This document shows, one piece after another, positions 35,540 through 47,140 of a stretch of DNA of 64,000 nt. This DNA comes from Isurus oxyrinchus (Eukaryota). The stretch lies in assembly GCA_026770705.1 (NCBI GenBank), contig JANJGN010000036.1, forward strand, positions 1,364,001 to 1,428,000, read 5' to 3'. How positions within the stretch are numbered: position 1 is the first letter of the stretch; the number at the start of each line of letters is the position of its first letter. Both the position numbers and the translations under genes were made by a program. Below the pieces are notes generated by a model. That model searched no databases and had not been told where the DNA came from. It saw nothing but the letters and a program-made list of their open reading frames with translations.

Positions 35540-36600
35540 TCGTAGAAAGTGCACCAGCGATGTACTCAGATTAATTAGACCACAGTTGGAGTACAGAAAG
35601 CTCTTCTGCATTTTCCAGAAAGGATACAGAAGCACGGGAAAAGGTGCAGTTAATATTTGACAGGCATCATATCAGAACTGGGAGCTGCTAACCATCCGGA
35701 AAGAATGAACCGGCTGGAGCTCTTTACCCTTAAAAAAGAGCATAGACTGAATGATGACTTGATCGATATCTTTAAAATTATGAAGTGGTTTATTCCCGCA
35801 GACTGAAGGAACTGACGCTACTTCTGCAGGATTTCAAAAATATTGGTCATCAATAAATCCAATCTGGAATTCCGGAGTATTCAGGAATCACCATTGGGGT
35901 TTAGGGGAATGGAAGGTGAGCTTATTTTAACATATAAATCACTTAAGAGCCTTGATAGGGCGGATACCGGGAGGATGTTTCCTGGTGTGGCCCAAGCTAG
36001 ATGCATGTTTAAAAGATAGAGGTCTCCGTTTTAAGACAGAGATTAGGAGATTTTTTGTCACCAAAAGGATCGTTGATGGGTCGGATTCTCTGCCCCAGCA
36101 AGTAATGGAGGCTGGATTATTTCAATTTATTCAAGGCCGATATGGACATGTATTAGTTAGGCAAGGGAGTCAAGGCCTGTGGGCGGCAGACAGGGAAGTG
36201 GAGTTGAGACCACAACCAGATCAACAATGATTTTATTGAATGGTGGAGCAGGCTTGAAATGCCAAATTACCTAATCCGGCTCCTATAATCCAGTTGTCCT
36301 CTGTAACTATGGGTCTTTGAAATGAGATCAATCCAGTGGAGAGGTTAGGGGAAACGTTTTGATCCAGACAGTGGGGAGAATGTGGAATCCGCTCCTACAG
36401 AGCATGGTTGAGACTATTGCAGACATGCAGTTAAGTGTGAGGCTGCATTAATACATACGTGAGAAATGAATAAAAGGATACGCTCCTGGGGTGAGCTGAA
36501 GAGATGGTGGGAGGAGGCTCGTGCAGGGCATGAACACAAGCACGAGCATTCGGGTCGAATGGCCTGTTTCTAGGCTGCAAATTCTTTGTAAATCTGTAAA
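35540..36600 (+). mobile_element. Decayed CR1-type LINE 3' fragments (orthologous to 3560-4600)
   Basis: Same CR1 tail motifs; ORF 35952-36230 contains FKTEIRRFFVTKRIV. Confidence 0.65.
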
Positions 36601-37574
36601 CCGTCACATCGAAGATGTTTAACAACTCTTTCAAAGTGAGAACTAGGCAGTGAATTTTCGATTGATCTGCTGTAAGTGCGCTCAGACCACAATACAACGT
36701 GACACATGTATTATTGTTTGAAACTCTCTTGACGCGACCAATCAGTCTAATCATTTGTAAGTACCTTTCTACAATGAATTCAGAACACTGAATTCGGGTT
36801 AATGCCCTTTGGCTTTTATATCATAGATTAAGTCCATCGACCACCTCGTCAATGAGACTTAACAGGAAATAGGACGGTGCACTGCAATTTTAAGGAAGGG
36901 AACTGAATACGAAAGAGAACCTTCATTTTATTTTCAGTAAGTGCAGTGAATGAACATGTTTGTGCCAATGGAATTCAACTTCATTTCTCTGTGCAACATG
37001 TGATATGGAGATTTAGATGGTAGTAATTAAAATTCAAATCAATACTTAGATATTTTATTCAATAGTTTCCGGTCTCTGTGTTAATCAGCTGGAACAAGAA
37101 TCTTGTACATCCTCTTTACAGAAGAAATCATATTGAGTACTATGACATAACTTTCTGAATTCCTGGCGTTCACCTTCTAAACCTGCGACTTGCACAACCT
37201 TGGAGTTCAAGGGCTGCAGATAGACGGAACGCCACTACCTGCAAGTCCTCCTCCCAAGTCTCATGCAACCCTGACTTGGAAAGAACGGCAGTTAATTAAC
37301 TACCACTGGGTCAAAACCCAGGATCTCCTTCTCTAGCAGCATTCTGGCTATAACGACACCACATCGACTGAAGCAGTTCAAGTTGATAGCTCTCCACCAC
37401 CTTCTCAACAGACAATTCTGGACGGTTAAGACAAGCTGGCCTTCCCGTTGAGGCATACATCCCGAGAATGAATCAATTTGTTAATGCAATACTGAGTATC
37501 CACCCGCACAATTTGCATTCTGTTACAACCCCTCTGAATGACATTCAGTCGTTGTGACGTAATTTAAGAAATAC

Positions 37575-37905
37575 TGAAATAACTTCCGTCAAGTGCTGGA
37601 TCATCTGGGCTTCGTCAAAGGTAGTGATCAATCAGCTTATCTTTCGTGGGAGTTATATGTATTTCATTGTATTCTACTGGATCTCCAAGAATGTTAACAG
37701 CTACCAGGGCAACCTGATTGTACAAGTTGTATCTGTTGACATGGTTTTTATGGAATGTTAATTTGAGATATTGCCCAATAGCATCAACATGGACAGACAT
37801 AAGCTCGCGGGATTTGAATCCTATTTTTTGATTATCCGAGAGGGAAAAATACCTTGGAGAAAGCCAGCCATTTACTGTTCGCACATGCACCATCAGTTCA
37901 TTTGT
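37575..37905 (-). pseudogene. CEP104: Processed (intronless) fragment of CEP104, N-terminal region
   Basis: ELMVHVRTVNGWLSPR-YFSLSDNQKIGFKSRELMSVHVDAIGQYLKLTFHKNHVNRYNLYNQVALVAVNILGDP..KLIDHYL*RSPDDPALDGSY matches CEP104 as I recall it (ELMIHAPTVSGWRSPR..YVSLCDNEKTGCKARELKSVYVDAVGQFLKLIFHQNHVNKYNIYNQVALVAINIIGDP). In-frame stop; absent from the paralogous promoters. Confidence 0.88.
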
Positions 37906-38159
37906 TCTCTTTATAAGCATTCTGCCATCTGACGACTATGACGAAAAGACGGTGACCAACTCTATGTCAAGTACATGTGGCATTCACAAGGACCCGCACC
38001 TAAAATGGTTTCATGCTTCCAATAGCAATTCTCGTCATAGATTCCACAGCATCAGAAGGCGGAGCAGCTCATTGGCTCCGAGCTCTGGTCAGTCAGAAAT
38101 CACTGCGCCTGCAGTAACAAACTGGTGGGAGTGAAAACAGCGAGAACTCGCGCGTCAAG

Positions 38160-41100
38160 GTGCCCAAAGTATCTTTATCTCTGATGCTCATTTTTCAAGT
38201 GCTCTGGATTTCTGCTAAGGAGCAAGTGGGTGAAAATTTTAAACTGGAAGCAGCCAGAAACATTGTTTACTAAGCTGAACATTTGACCCAGTGATCAGGT
38301 GAAGGGAGTTGACCTGGTCATGTGATTTAATTTACTGGTTCCTCCTATAAAGTGAAGAAAACGCAAATTGGAGAAGTAATCTAACCAAGAATAATGAAAG
38401 GCACTGAAGTGATTTTTCTTAATTTACAGGCCACGTTTATCAAAGCGTCTGCTTCTTCCCTCTCAACAATCAGCGGTAATGCAACAATCATCTCTCTCGT
38501 TACAGAACCCGGGCCCTCTCTACCGCCGAGACCCTTCATATTAACAGCTGAAGTCGGAGTCAATTGGAATTACCCTGTTCCTACATTTGCGAAGTGGAAT
38601 TGGTGTCCAGCAATTTCTGGCAAATAATTTATGGGAGAAGACCCGATACTAATCGATATTCCGCCTTGTCAGTGGGCCGATTGTAAGTTTATCTCCAAAC
38701 AAAGGCAACAGCAAACATCAACTTTTCTGGAAATTCTCAATGTCGACTTCCTGCTACTGTGCTGATAAGTATGTCTATGCACTGCTCCGGAATGGACCCA
38801 CACTGCTGGTTGGAGGTAAGAGACCAAGACAAAGGAATTCAGGCTGTGCGCAGCATTATCATTTGGCACAAATTAAACGTTAATTCTCTGCCACTTTCGC
38901 ACCGGACAGTTCCACCAACAAGACTGCTGTGCCGGTTTTTGCCCCGCAGAGTGAGCGGCATTTGAGGGAAACCGTCCCCTTGTGCGATTGGTTCGTGGAG
39001 TTTCATCCAATTAGATTGCTGCTTTCTAGAATATTTCCAGCCCGCTCACCGAGGGACTGAGCGACTCAGGTGCAAGGGAGGCGGACGGGCCCAGTAGCAT
39101 CAGATGTCACGTCATGATGTCGCGGTCAACTTGGAATAGAGACGCTATGTGTACTTGTATTGTTCAACTGGGATCTCCTGACAAATATTGGACCAAGAGC
39201 GTATCATTGCCCTCGGCAGTAGAGACAATGACAGGTGAGTTGGTGAGCTGTTGAATGGACGACTTTATTCAAAGAAGCATTCGGAGCAATACAGTAGTTT
39301 TTAAGAATATGCAGTCTCCAAATTACACAACTCCGGGAGATAAACGGAAAGACATGGATATACATAGGTGTTTGTGTTTGTGNNNNNNNNNNNNNNNNNN
39401 NNNNNNNNNNNNNNNNNNNNNNNNNNNNNNNNNNNNNNNNNNNNNNNNNNNNNNNNNNNNNNNNNNNNNNNNNNNNNNNNNNNNNNNNNNNNNNNNNNNN
39501 NNNNNNNNNNNTATATAAAAGCGCAAAAGTCTCCCTCGCAGACTAAATATTGAATGCACTTTTGGCTTAAATCATAGACACACGCAAAAGCGTACATACA
39601 TATGTATATNNNNNNNNNNNNNNNNNNNNNNNNNNNNNNNNNNNNNNNNNNNNNNNNNNNNNNNNNNNNNNNNNNNNNNNNNNNNNNNNNNNNNNNNNNN
39701 NNNNNNNNNNNNNNNNNNNNNNNNNNNNNNNNNNNNNNATATACATATGTATGTACGCTTTTGCGTGTGTCTATGATTTAAGCCAAAAGTGCATTCAATA
39801 TTTAGTCTGCGAGGGAGACTTTTGCGCTCGCCTCATGTTACTGTGTGACAACTTAGAATCATAGGGTCATACAGCACAAAACGGGATGTTCAATTAATCC
39901 CACTATATCCCTATAAATTGTAACACATTTCCGTTCATACTAATCTCTTAAACAATGCGAAATCCCTGATGGAAGCAATTATTTAATCTAAGTTCCCATC
40001 ATTTCAGGCAGTGGATAAGGCACAAGCTTGAGATTTGTTGAACACAGAATGAATTTTTGAACAGAAAGCAGTGAAGAACAGAGTTTGATAGGGAAAAGCG
40101 GTGTGCCTGCACGGACCTGACTCCCGCTCAATTCCCCGCGCCTCCCTCTTCATTTCCTAGAAAGTCCTTTATCAATCTCTATTTACCTGGTAAAATGCAG
40201 CTTAATTTTAATATCAGTTGGTGACATCACCATTAACTCGGGTTATGAAACGACAGTGAAATTGGGTTAATGGAACTGCTCGATTTGACCTCTCATCAGG
40301 CGGATGGCGAATCTATATAAATCTCTGAAGGGAGCAAGGCAAATTGTGATTGCCGCTGATAGATAGGGAAACCTCGGTTTCATAAAAGAGGAATCGAATA
40401 GGAGTGAAAGTTGCTGTTTAGGAAACCCCAGCTGGAGTATTGTGTGCAATGCTTGGCGCCATAATAAGGAAAGATGACACGGTCTTGGAGAGGGTGCAGA
40501 GGACTTTCAACAAAATGAGACCGTGGATGATGGACGTTAGTTAATTTGGAGAGACTGGAGAAATTAGGATTGCTCTCCTTAGAGCAGAGAATGTTAACAG
40601 GAAATGTAGCGCTGATGTTCAAAATTAGAAAGGGTTTTGCTACAGTAAATAAGTAGAAACTGTTTTCATAATTTTCATGAGTTTTTTTGCACAAAGCTAA
40701 CACAAACACGGTGTGGATCATTCCTTGATTCCAGAATTCACTTTCCAGGTATGACGTTTTCCTAATTCTGCATTATAATTTTGGACACATCCTGAGAGTG
40801 CTGTCCGCCAATTGATCTGAATTCAAAACATTGCTGAAATTATTTCATTCTGTGCGTCAAGTCACGGCGATCTGTCGCACTGCCTGTTACAGGCATCAAC
40901 TTTTAAATGGGTTACGTTTCCCATGAGAGATTCTCAGAAAATAATGATGTGACGGAATAGCTATTTCTAATTGTTCTGTCTCTGTAAGATGTTGCTTTCC
41001 AACCCTTAATGTTGTCCGAATGGTGGCGGCGATCCCAGTTCAACTCTTGATCCTCATTCTCATTGGGAAACATAAAAGCGGCAGATCAGGTGAGGATCAA

Positions 41101-41590
41101 TGTTTATCAAAGACATTTTGAAATTGGAATCAGGCAGAGAAAGTGCTTAATAAGTTGTAAAATTGACCCAGTGTTCAAGTGAAGGGATCTGAACTGATCA
41201 TGTGAGTATATTTACTGGTTCCTCCATTGGCTGACCAATGTTACTCCCTTCTCGCAGTTTTAAATTGCTTATCACAGATTCTCATTTCAGCAGAACGAGA
41301 CAGAAGATCCTACAATAGAATGTGAGTAACTGAACCATTTGAACAGTTTATCCCGAACACACTCTCTATATTTAACACTGTGTCAAACTCAGTTCAACTC
41401 CAGCATTGATTCCAATGATTTACGCTGACATGCTCGAAGATCTTTTAAGGCCGCTCGGCATTTTTCTGCGTAGTGCTTTCTAGCAGATGACTCAGGATTT
41501 ACAAGCCCTATTGCTTTTTTGATAATTTTCTGTGAATCCAGTTCGAGAGCGAGAGCCAGCAAAGAGCGTTCCGAAATGAAAGACAAACGC
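38160..41590 (+). pseudogene. Subfamily B VJ-C1 IgSF receptor pseudogene B3, activating-type TM (leader 38160-38214, VJ 38506-38815, C1 38906-39234, TM 40988-41089, cyt1 41291-41321, cyt2 41542-41590; last exon predicted just beyond 64000)
   Basis: Homologous to B2 throughout. Lesions: ATG>GTG, leader donor GT>CT, frameshifts and stops in V and C1. TM CCFPTLNVVRMVAAIPVQLLILILI. Confidence 0.88.
39520..39828. repeat. Perfect ~90-bp inverted repeat flanking an N-run
   Basis: 39520-39609 is the reverse complement of 39739-39828. Confidence 0.85.
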
Positions 41591-41825
41591 GTCAGCCGGG
41601 CTGACATTTTTGTGCTGATTTAATATCAAATTTGAGGAAATTCAAGATATTAAGAAGTGCATTTCCCACCTTCAAGATATTCCGCAATTGGCCTCTGGTC
41701 TGCTGGTCCCATGAAAAAGGCAAATATTGCTTATTAATTGAGACTACAGGAAAGTATGGATTGGAGATCCCCAGGGCTTGGCTTGAGAACTCACATTTTT
41801 CCTGATATATGTAGACATGGGTGCA

Positions 41826-42690
41826 TAGAGGTCCAGATGCCCAACACCCTCTGGGTGAAAAACATCTTCCTCACATCCCCTCTAAACGCCGTGCCCCTTA
41901 CCTTAAATCCTGGCCCCTGGTTATTGATCTCTCCACCTAAGGGGAAAATTTCCTTCCTTTCTACCCTATCTATTCCCCTCAAAATTTTAAACACCTCAGC
42001 CATGTCCAATCTCTATCTCCTCTGCTCCGGAGATAATAACCCCAGTCTATGCAATCTATCCACATTACTAAAGCACTCCAGGCCAGGCAACATCCTGGTA
42101 AATTTCCTCTGCCTTCTCTGTCCAAGTGGATTCCAGAACTGTACGTAATACTCTAGATTTGGCCTAACCAGCGTTGTACACAACTACAGCATAACCCCCC
42201 TGCTCTTATCTTTTATGTCTAGGCTAAGAAAGGCAAGTATCCCATACGCCCCCTTAAGTACCTCATCTGCATGTTCCGCTACCTTAAGGGACCTGAGAAC
42301 ATGCACACCAAAGTCCCTCTGGCCCTTTGTACTTCCCAGAGTGCTATCCTTCATCGTGCATTGACGTACCTTGTTTGTCCTGTCACTCTTATCCGGATTA
42401 AAATCCGTTTGCCAATGATCAGTCCATTTTACCAACCCGTCTATATCCTCCGCTATTCTAAGGCTATCCTCCTCACTAGTTACCACCCCAGCAATTTTCA
42501 TGTCATCTGCGGATTTACTGATCAACCCTCCTACATTAAAGTCTAAATCTTTAATATATACAAAATACCAAAGCACGCAACACTGATCCCTGTGGAAGCC
42601 CACTGGATACAGGTATCCAGTTAAAAAAAAAAACCTGGGCCATCACCCTCCACTTCCTGCCACTCTGTCAATTTTGGATCCAATTTGCCA
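41826..42690 (-). mobile_element. CR1 LINE ORF2 fragment nested in an older plus-strand CR1
   Basis: ORF 42184-42603 YIKDLD..ISKSADDMKIAGVV..WQTDFNPDK and ORF 41791-42009 EVFKILRGIDRVE..FFTQRVLGIW. Absent from the homologous site at ~8205. Confidence 0.85.
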
Positions 42691-43015
42691 ACAGGGTACA
42701 ATTTCAACCTTTGCAATTGACACAATTCTTGGAAGTATTATGTCCTGTGAGGAGGAGAGTGATAGACGTCAAGGGGACACAGACAGGTTGCTGGAATGGG
42801 CAGACAGGTGGCAGATTAAATTTAATGCACAGAGGTTTGAAGTGATCCGATTTGTTAGGAAGAACAGAGAGAGGCAAATGAAGAACAGGATACGATTCTA
42901 AAAGGGTTGCAGGAACAGAGTCATCTGGTTGTATACATATTGTTCAGATCATTTAATGCGAAAGAATAGAATGACAGAACAGTTAGTAAAGGCAGGAGAT
43001 TCAGGATTTTATCAA

Positions 43016-46000
43016 TAAAAACAAAAATACTGCGGATGCTGGAAATCCAAAACAAAACATAAACATAATTACCTGGAAAAACTCAGCAGGTCTGGCAGCA
43101 TCGGCGGAGAAGAAAAGAGTTGACGTTTTGAGTCCTCATGACCCTTCGACAGAACTTGAGTTCGAGTCCAAGAAAGAATTGAAATATAAGCTTGTTTAAG
43201 GTGTCTGTGTGGGGGGCGGAGAGAGAGAGAGAGAGAGAGAGGGGTGGAGTGGGGGTGTGGTTGTAGAGACAAACAAGCAGTGATAGAAGCAGATCATCAA
43301 AAGATGTCAACAACAATAATACAAAAGAACACATAGGTGTTAAAGTTAAAGTAGGTGATATTATCTAAACGAATGTGCTAATTAAGAATGGATGGTAGGG
43401 CATTCAAAGTATAGATGTAGTGGGGGTGGGGAGAGCATAAAAGATGTAAAAAAATAAATAAATAAATAAATATTTGTTTTTCTTTTTCTCTTTTTATAAT
43501 GGAAATAGGTGGGAAAAGGAAAATCTATATAATTTATTGGAAAAAAAAGAAAAGGAAGGGGGAAACAGAAAGGGGGTGGGGATGGGGGAGGGAGCTCACG
43601 ACCTAAAGTTGTTGAATTCAATATTCAGTCCAGATGGCTCTAAAGTGCCTAGTTGAAAGATGAGGTGTTGTTCGTGCAGTTTGCATTGGGCTTCACTGGA
43701 ACAATGCAGCAAGCCAAGGATAGACATGTGGGCAAGAGAGCAGGGTGGAGTGTTAAACTGGCAAGCGACAGGGAGGTTTGAGTCATTCTTGCGGACAGAC
43801 CACAGGTGTTCTGCAAAGCGGTCGCCCAGTTTACGTTTGGTCTCTCCAATGTAGAGGAGAGCACATTGGGAGAAACGAATGCAGTAGACTAAGTTGGGGG
43901 AAATGCAAGTAAAATGCTGCTTCACTTGAAAGGAGTGTTTGGGTCCTTGGACGGTGAGGAGAGAGGAAGTGAAGGGGCAGGTATTGCATCTTTTGCGTGG
44001 GCATGGGGTGGTGCCATAGAAGGGTGTTGAGGAGTAGGGGGTGATGGAGTAGTGGACCAGGGTGTCCCGGAGGGAGTGATCCCTACGGAATGCCAGTAGG
44101 TGGGGTGAAGGGAAGATGTGTTTGGTGGTGGCATCATGCTGGAGTTGGCAGAAATGGTGGAGGATTATCCTTTGAATGCGAAGGCTGGTGGGGTGATAAG
44201 TGAGGATAAGGGGGACCCTATCATGTTTCTGCGAGGGAGGAGAAGGCGTGAGGGCGGATGCGCGGGAGATGGGCCGGACACAGTTGTGTGCCCTGTCAAG
44301 GACCCTGGGTGGAAAACCTCGGATAAGGAAGAAGGAGAACATGTCAGAGGAACTGTTTTTGAAGGTAGCATCATCGGAACAGATGCGGCGGAGGCGAAGG
44401 AACTGAGAGAATGGGATGGAGTCCTTACAGGAAGCGGGGTGTGAGGAGCTGTAGTTGAGATAGCTTTGGGAGTCGTTGGGTTTGTAATGGATATTGGTGG
44501 ACAGTCTATCACCAGAGATTGAGACAGAGAGGTCAAGGAAGGGAAGGGAAGTGTCAGAGATGGACCACGTGAAAATGATGGAGGGGTGGAGATTGGAAGC
44601 AAAATTAATAAATTTTTTCAAGTCCCGACGAGAGCATGAAGCGGCACCGAAGTAATCATCGATGTACCAGAGAAAGAGATGTGGAAGGGGGCCGGAGTAG
44701 GACTGGAACAAGGAATGTTCCACATACCCCATAAAGAGACAGGCATAGCTGGGGCCCATGTGGGTACCCATTGCCACACCTTTTATTTGGAGGAAGTGAG
44801 AGGAGTTGAAGGAGAAATTATTCAGCGTGAGAAAAAGTTCAGCCAGACGAAGGAGTGTAGTGGTGGATGGGGATTGTTCGGGCCTTTGTTCGAGGAAGAA
44901 GGTAAGGGCCCTCAGACCATCCTGGTGGGGGATGGAGGTGTAGAGGGATTGGACGTCCATGGTGAAGAGGAAGCTGTTGGGGCCAGGGAACTGGAAATTG
45001 TTGATGTGACGTAAGGTGTCAGAGGAATCAGGGATGTAGGTGGGAAGAGACTGGACAAGGGGAGAGAGAAGGGAGTCAAGATAACGAGAAAAGAGTTCTG
45101 TGGGGCAGGAAAAAGCTGAGACGATCGGTCTACCGGGGCAGTTCTGTTTGTCTATTTTGGGTAGGAGTTAGAAGCGGGCCGTCCAAGGTTGGGCGACTAT
45201 CAGGTTGGAAGCTGTGGGAGGGAGATCCCCAGAGGAGATGAGGTCAGTGACAGTCCTGGAAACAATGGCTTGATGTTCAGTGGTGGGGTCATGGCCCAGA
45301 GAGATGTAGGAGGAAGTGTCTGCGAGTTGACGTTCAGCCTCCACGAGGTAGAGGTCAGTGCGCCAGACAACAACAGCACCGCCCTTGTCAGCGGGTTTGA
45401 TGACAATGTCAGGGTTGGACCTGAGATAAGGGAGTGCAGTAAGTTCAGAGAGAGACAGGTTAGAATGGGTGAGAGGAGCAGAGATTTTGGGAAGACTAAT
45501 GTCGCCCGGACAGATCTCAATGAAAAGATCAAGAGCGGTAAGAATCCAGAGGGAGGGACCCAGGTGGAGGGAGCATATTGGAGATGGGTAAAAGGATCCG
45601 TTGAACTGAGAGAGGACTCCTGCCCAAAGAGGTGAGCCCCGAGACGAAGACGGCGGATGAAGAGTTCAGCATCATGCCGAGTCCAAAATTCACTGAGGTG
45701 AGCGCGTAAGGGTATGAAACTAAGTCCTTTGCTGAGCACTGAACGTTCAGCATCGGAGAGGGGAAGGTCCGGGTGTATAGTGAATACACGGCTGGGGTTG
45801 GGATTGGAAGATGGGGTGGGGACAGAGGGACAGGCCAGGGTGGAAGGTCCTGGATGGGTGTTGGTGTCGATGAGTTGTTGGAGCTTGCATTCATTAGCAC
45901 TTGAGAGAAAGAGAAAAAGTTTCTTGTTGAGGCATCAGATGAGCCGAAGGATAAAATGAAACTGGGGGCATGCGCAGCTTTGAAAAAGGGTACGGCGATG

Positions 46001-46389
46001 TTGCTGGAGGGAGAGGTCGAGTGTGTTCATATGGTGACGCCTGGCAATAAGTGTGGATTTCAGAATGTGATGGAAACAGCAGTCCAAGAAACGTTTTATG
46101 TCCCGGAGATACCTGTAATCCTGGGTGGGTTCGAAACATGAGGGGTGGAATTGTAGTTGAAATCCACATGGGGTAAGTCGGAGATGGAGACAGTCATTGA
46201 GAAAGGCGATGTGGCTGTGAAAGTGGGTTTTAGTAAACACCTTGTCAAACACCATGTGGGAAAAGGAAAGCAAGGAAGGTGAGCAGGGCAAAAGAGAGAT
46301 TCGGAAATCTTGTTGCAGAGAGGAACAGAACTTCTTCAAGGAGGTAGGCATTTCTTGAAGAGCAGTGGAAGTCAAATAAGCACAGAGAT
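43016..46389 (-). mobile_element. Penelope-like retrotransposon E1 (RT + GIY-YIG; Cys linker suggests Neptune-type), disrupted ORF
   Basis: ORF 43596-44960: DVQSLYTSI, GVAMG, YIDD, CPRKRCNTC, NLVYCI..LYIGETKRKLGDRFAEH, GLN. The upstream parts are frameshifted. Confidence 0.93.
43117..43157 (-). ncRNA. Minimal type I hammerhead-like motif, degenerate (GAAA>AAAA)
   Basis: aagtt CTGTCGA a gggtc atgag gactc AAAA C GTC aactc. Confidence 0.45.
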
Positions 46390-47140
46390 AAAAACAAAAA
46401 TACTGCGGATGCTGGAAATCCAAAACAAAAACAAAAATAGAATTAACTGGAAAAACTCAGCAGGTCTGGCAGCATCGGCGGAGAAGAAAAGAGTTGACGT
46501 TTCGAGTCCTCATGACCCTTCGACAGAACTTGAGTTCGAGTCCAAGAAAGAGTTGAAATATAAGCTGTATTAAGCTGTGTGTGTGGGGGGCGGAGAGAGA
46601 GAGAGAGGTGGGGGGGTGTGGTTGTAGGGACAAACAAGCAGTGATAGAAGCAGATCATCAGAAGATGTCAACAACAATAACACAAACGAACACATAGGTG
46701 TTAAAGTTAAAGTTGGTGATATTATCTAAACGAATGTGCTAATTAAGAATGGATGGTAGGGCACTCAAGGTATAGCTCTAGTGGGAGTGGGGAGAGCATA
46801 AAATATGTAAAAAAAACAAACAAATAAATAAATAAATATTTTTCTTTTCTTTTTCTCTTTTTGTAATGGAAATAGGTGGGAAAAGGAAAATCTATATAAT
46901 TTATTGGAAAAAAAGGAAGGGGGAAACAGAAAGGGGGTGGGGATGGGGGATGGAGCTCACGAACTAAAGTTGTTGAATTTAATATTCAGTCCGAATGGCT
47001 GTAAAGTGCCTAGTCGGAAGATGAGGTGTTGTTCGTCCAGTTTGCGTTGGGCTTCACTGGAACAATGCAGCAAGCCAAGGACAGACATGTGAGCAAGAGA
47101 GCAGGGTGGAGTGTTAAAATGGCAAGCGACAGGGAGGTTT
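46390..47140 (-). mobile_element. Penelope pseudo-LTR (extra copy of the 3' end)
   Basis: Direct repeat of 43016-43780 and inverted repeat of ~49765-50473. Confidence 0.9.
46491..46531 (-). ncRNA. Minimal type I hammerhead-ribozyme-like motif in the pLTR
   Basis: AGTT-CTGTCGA-A-GGGTC(atgag)GACTC-GAAA-C-GTC-AACT: stem I AGTT/AACT, stem II GGGTC/GACTC, palindromic ACGT stem III. Confidence 0.6.

Noticed and set aside
37615-37920. Functional CEP104 gene
   Set aside because: It is an intronless short fragment with an internal segment missing and an in-frame stop; no other CEP104 exons were seen.
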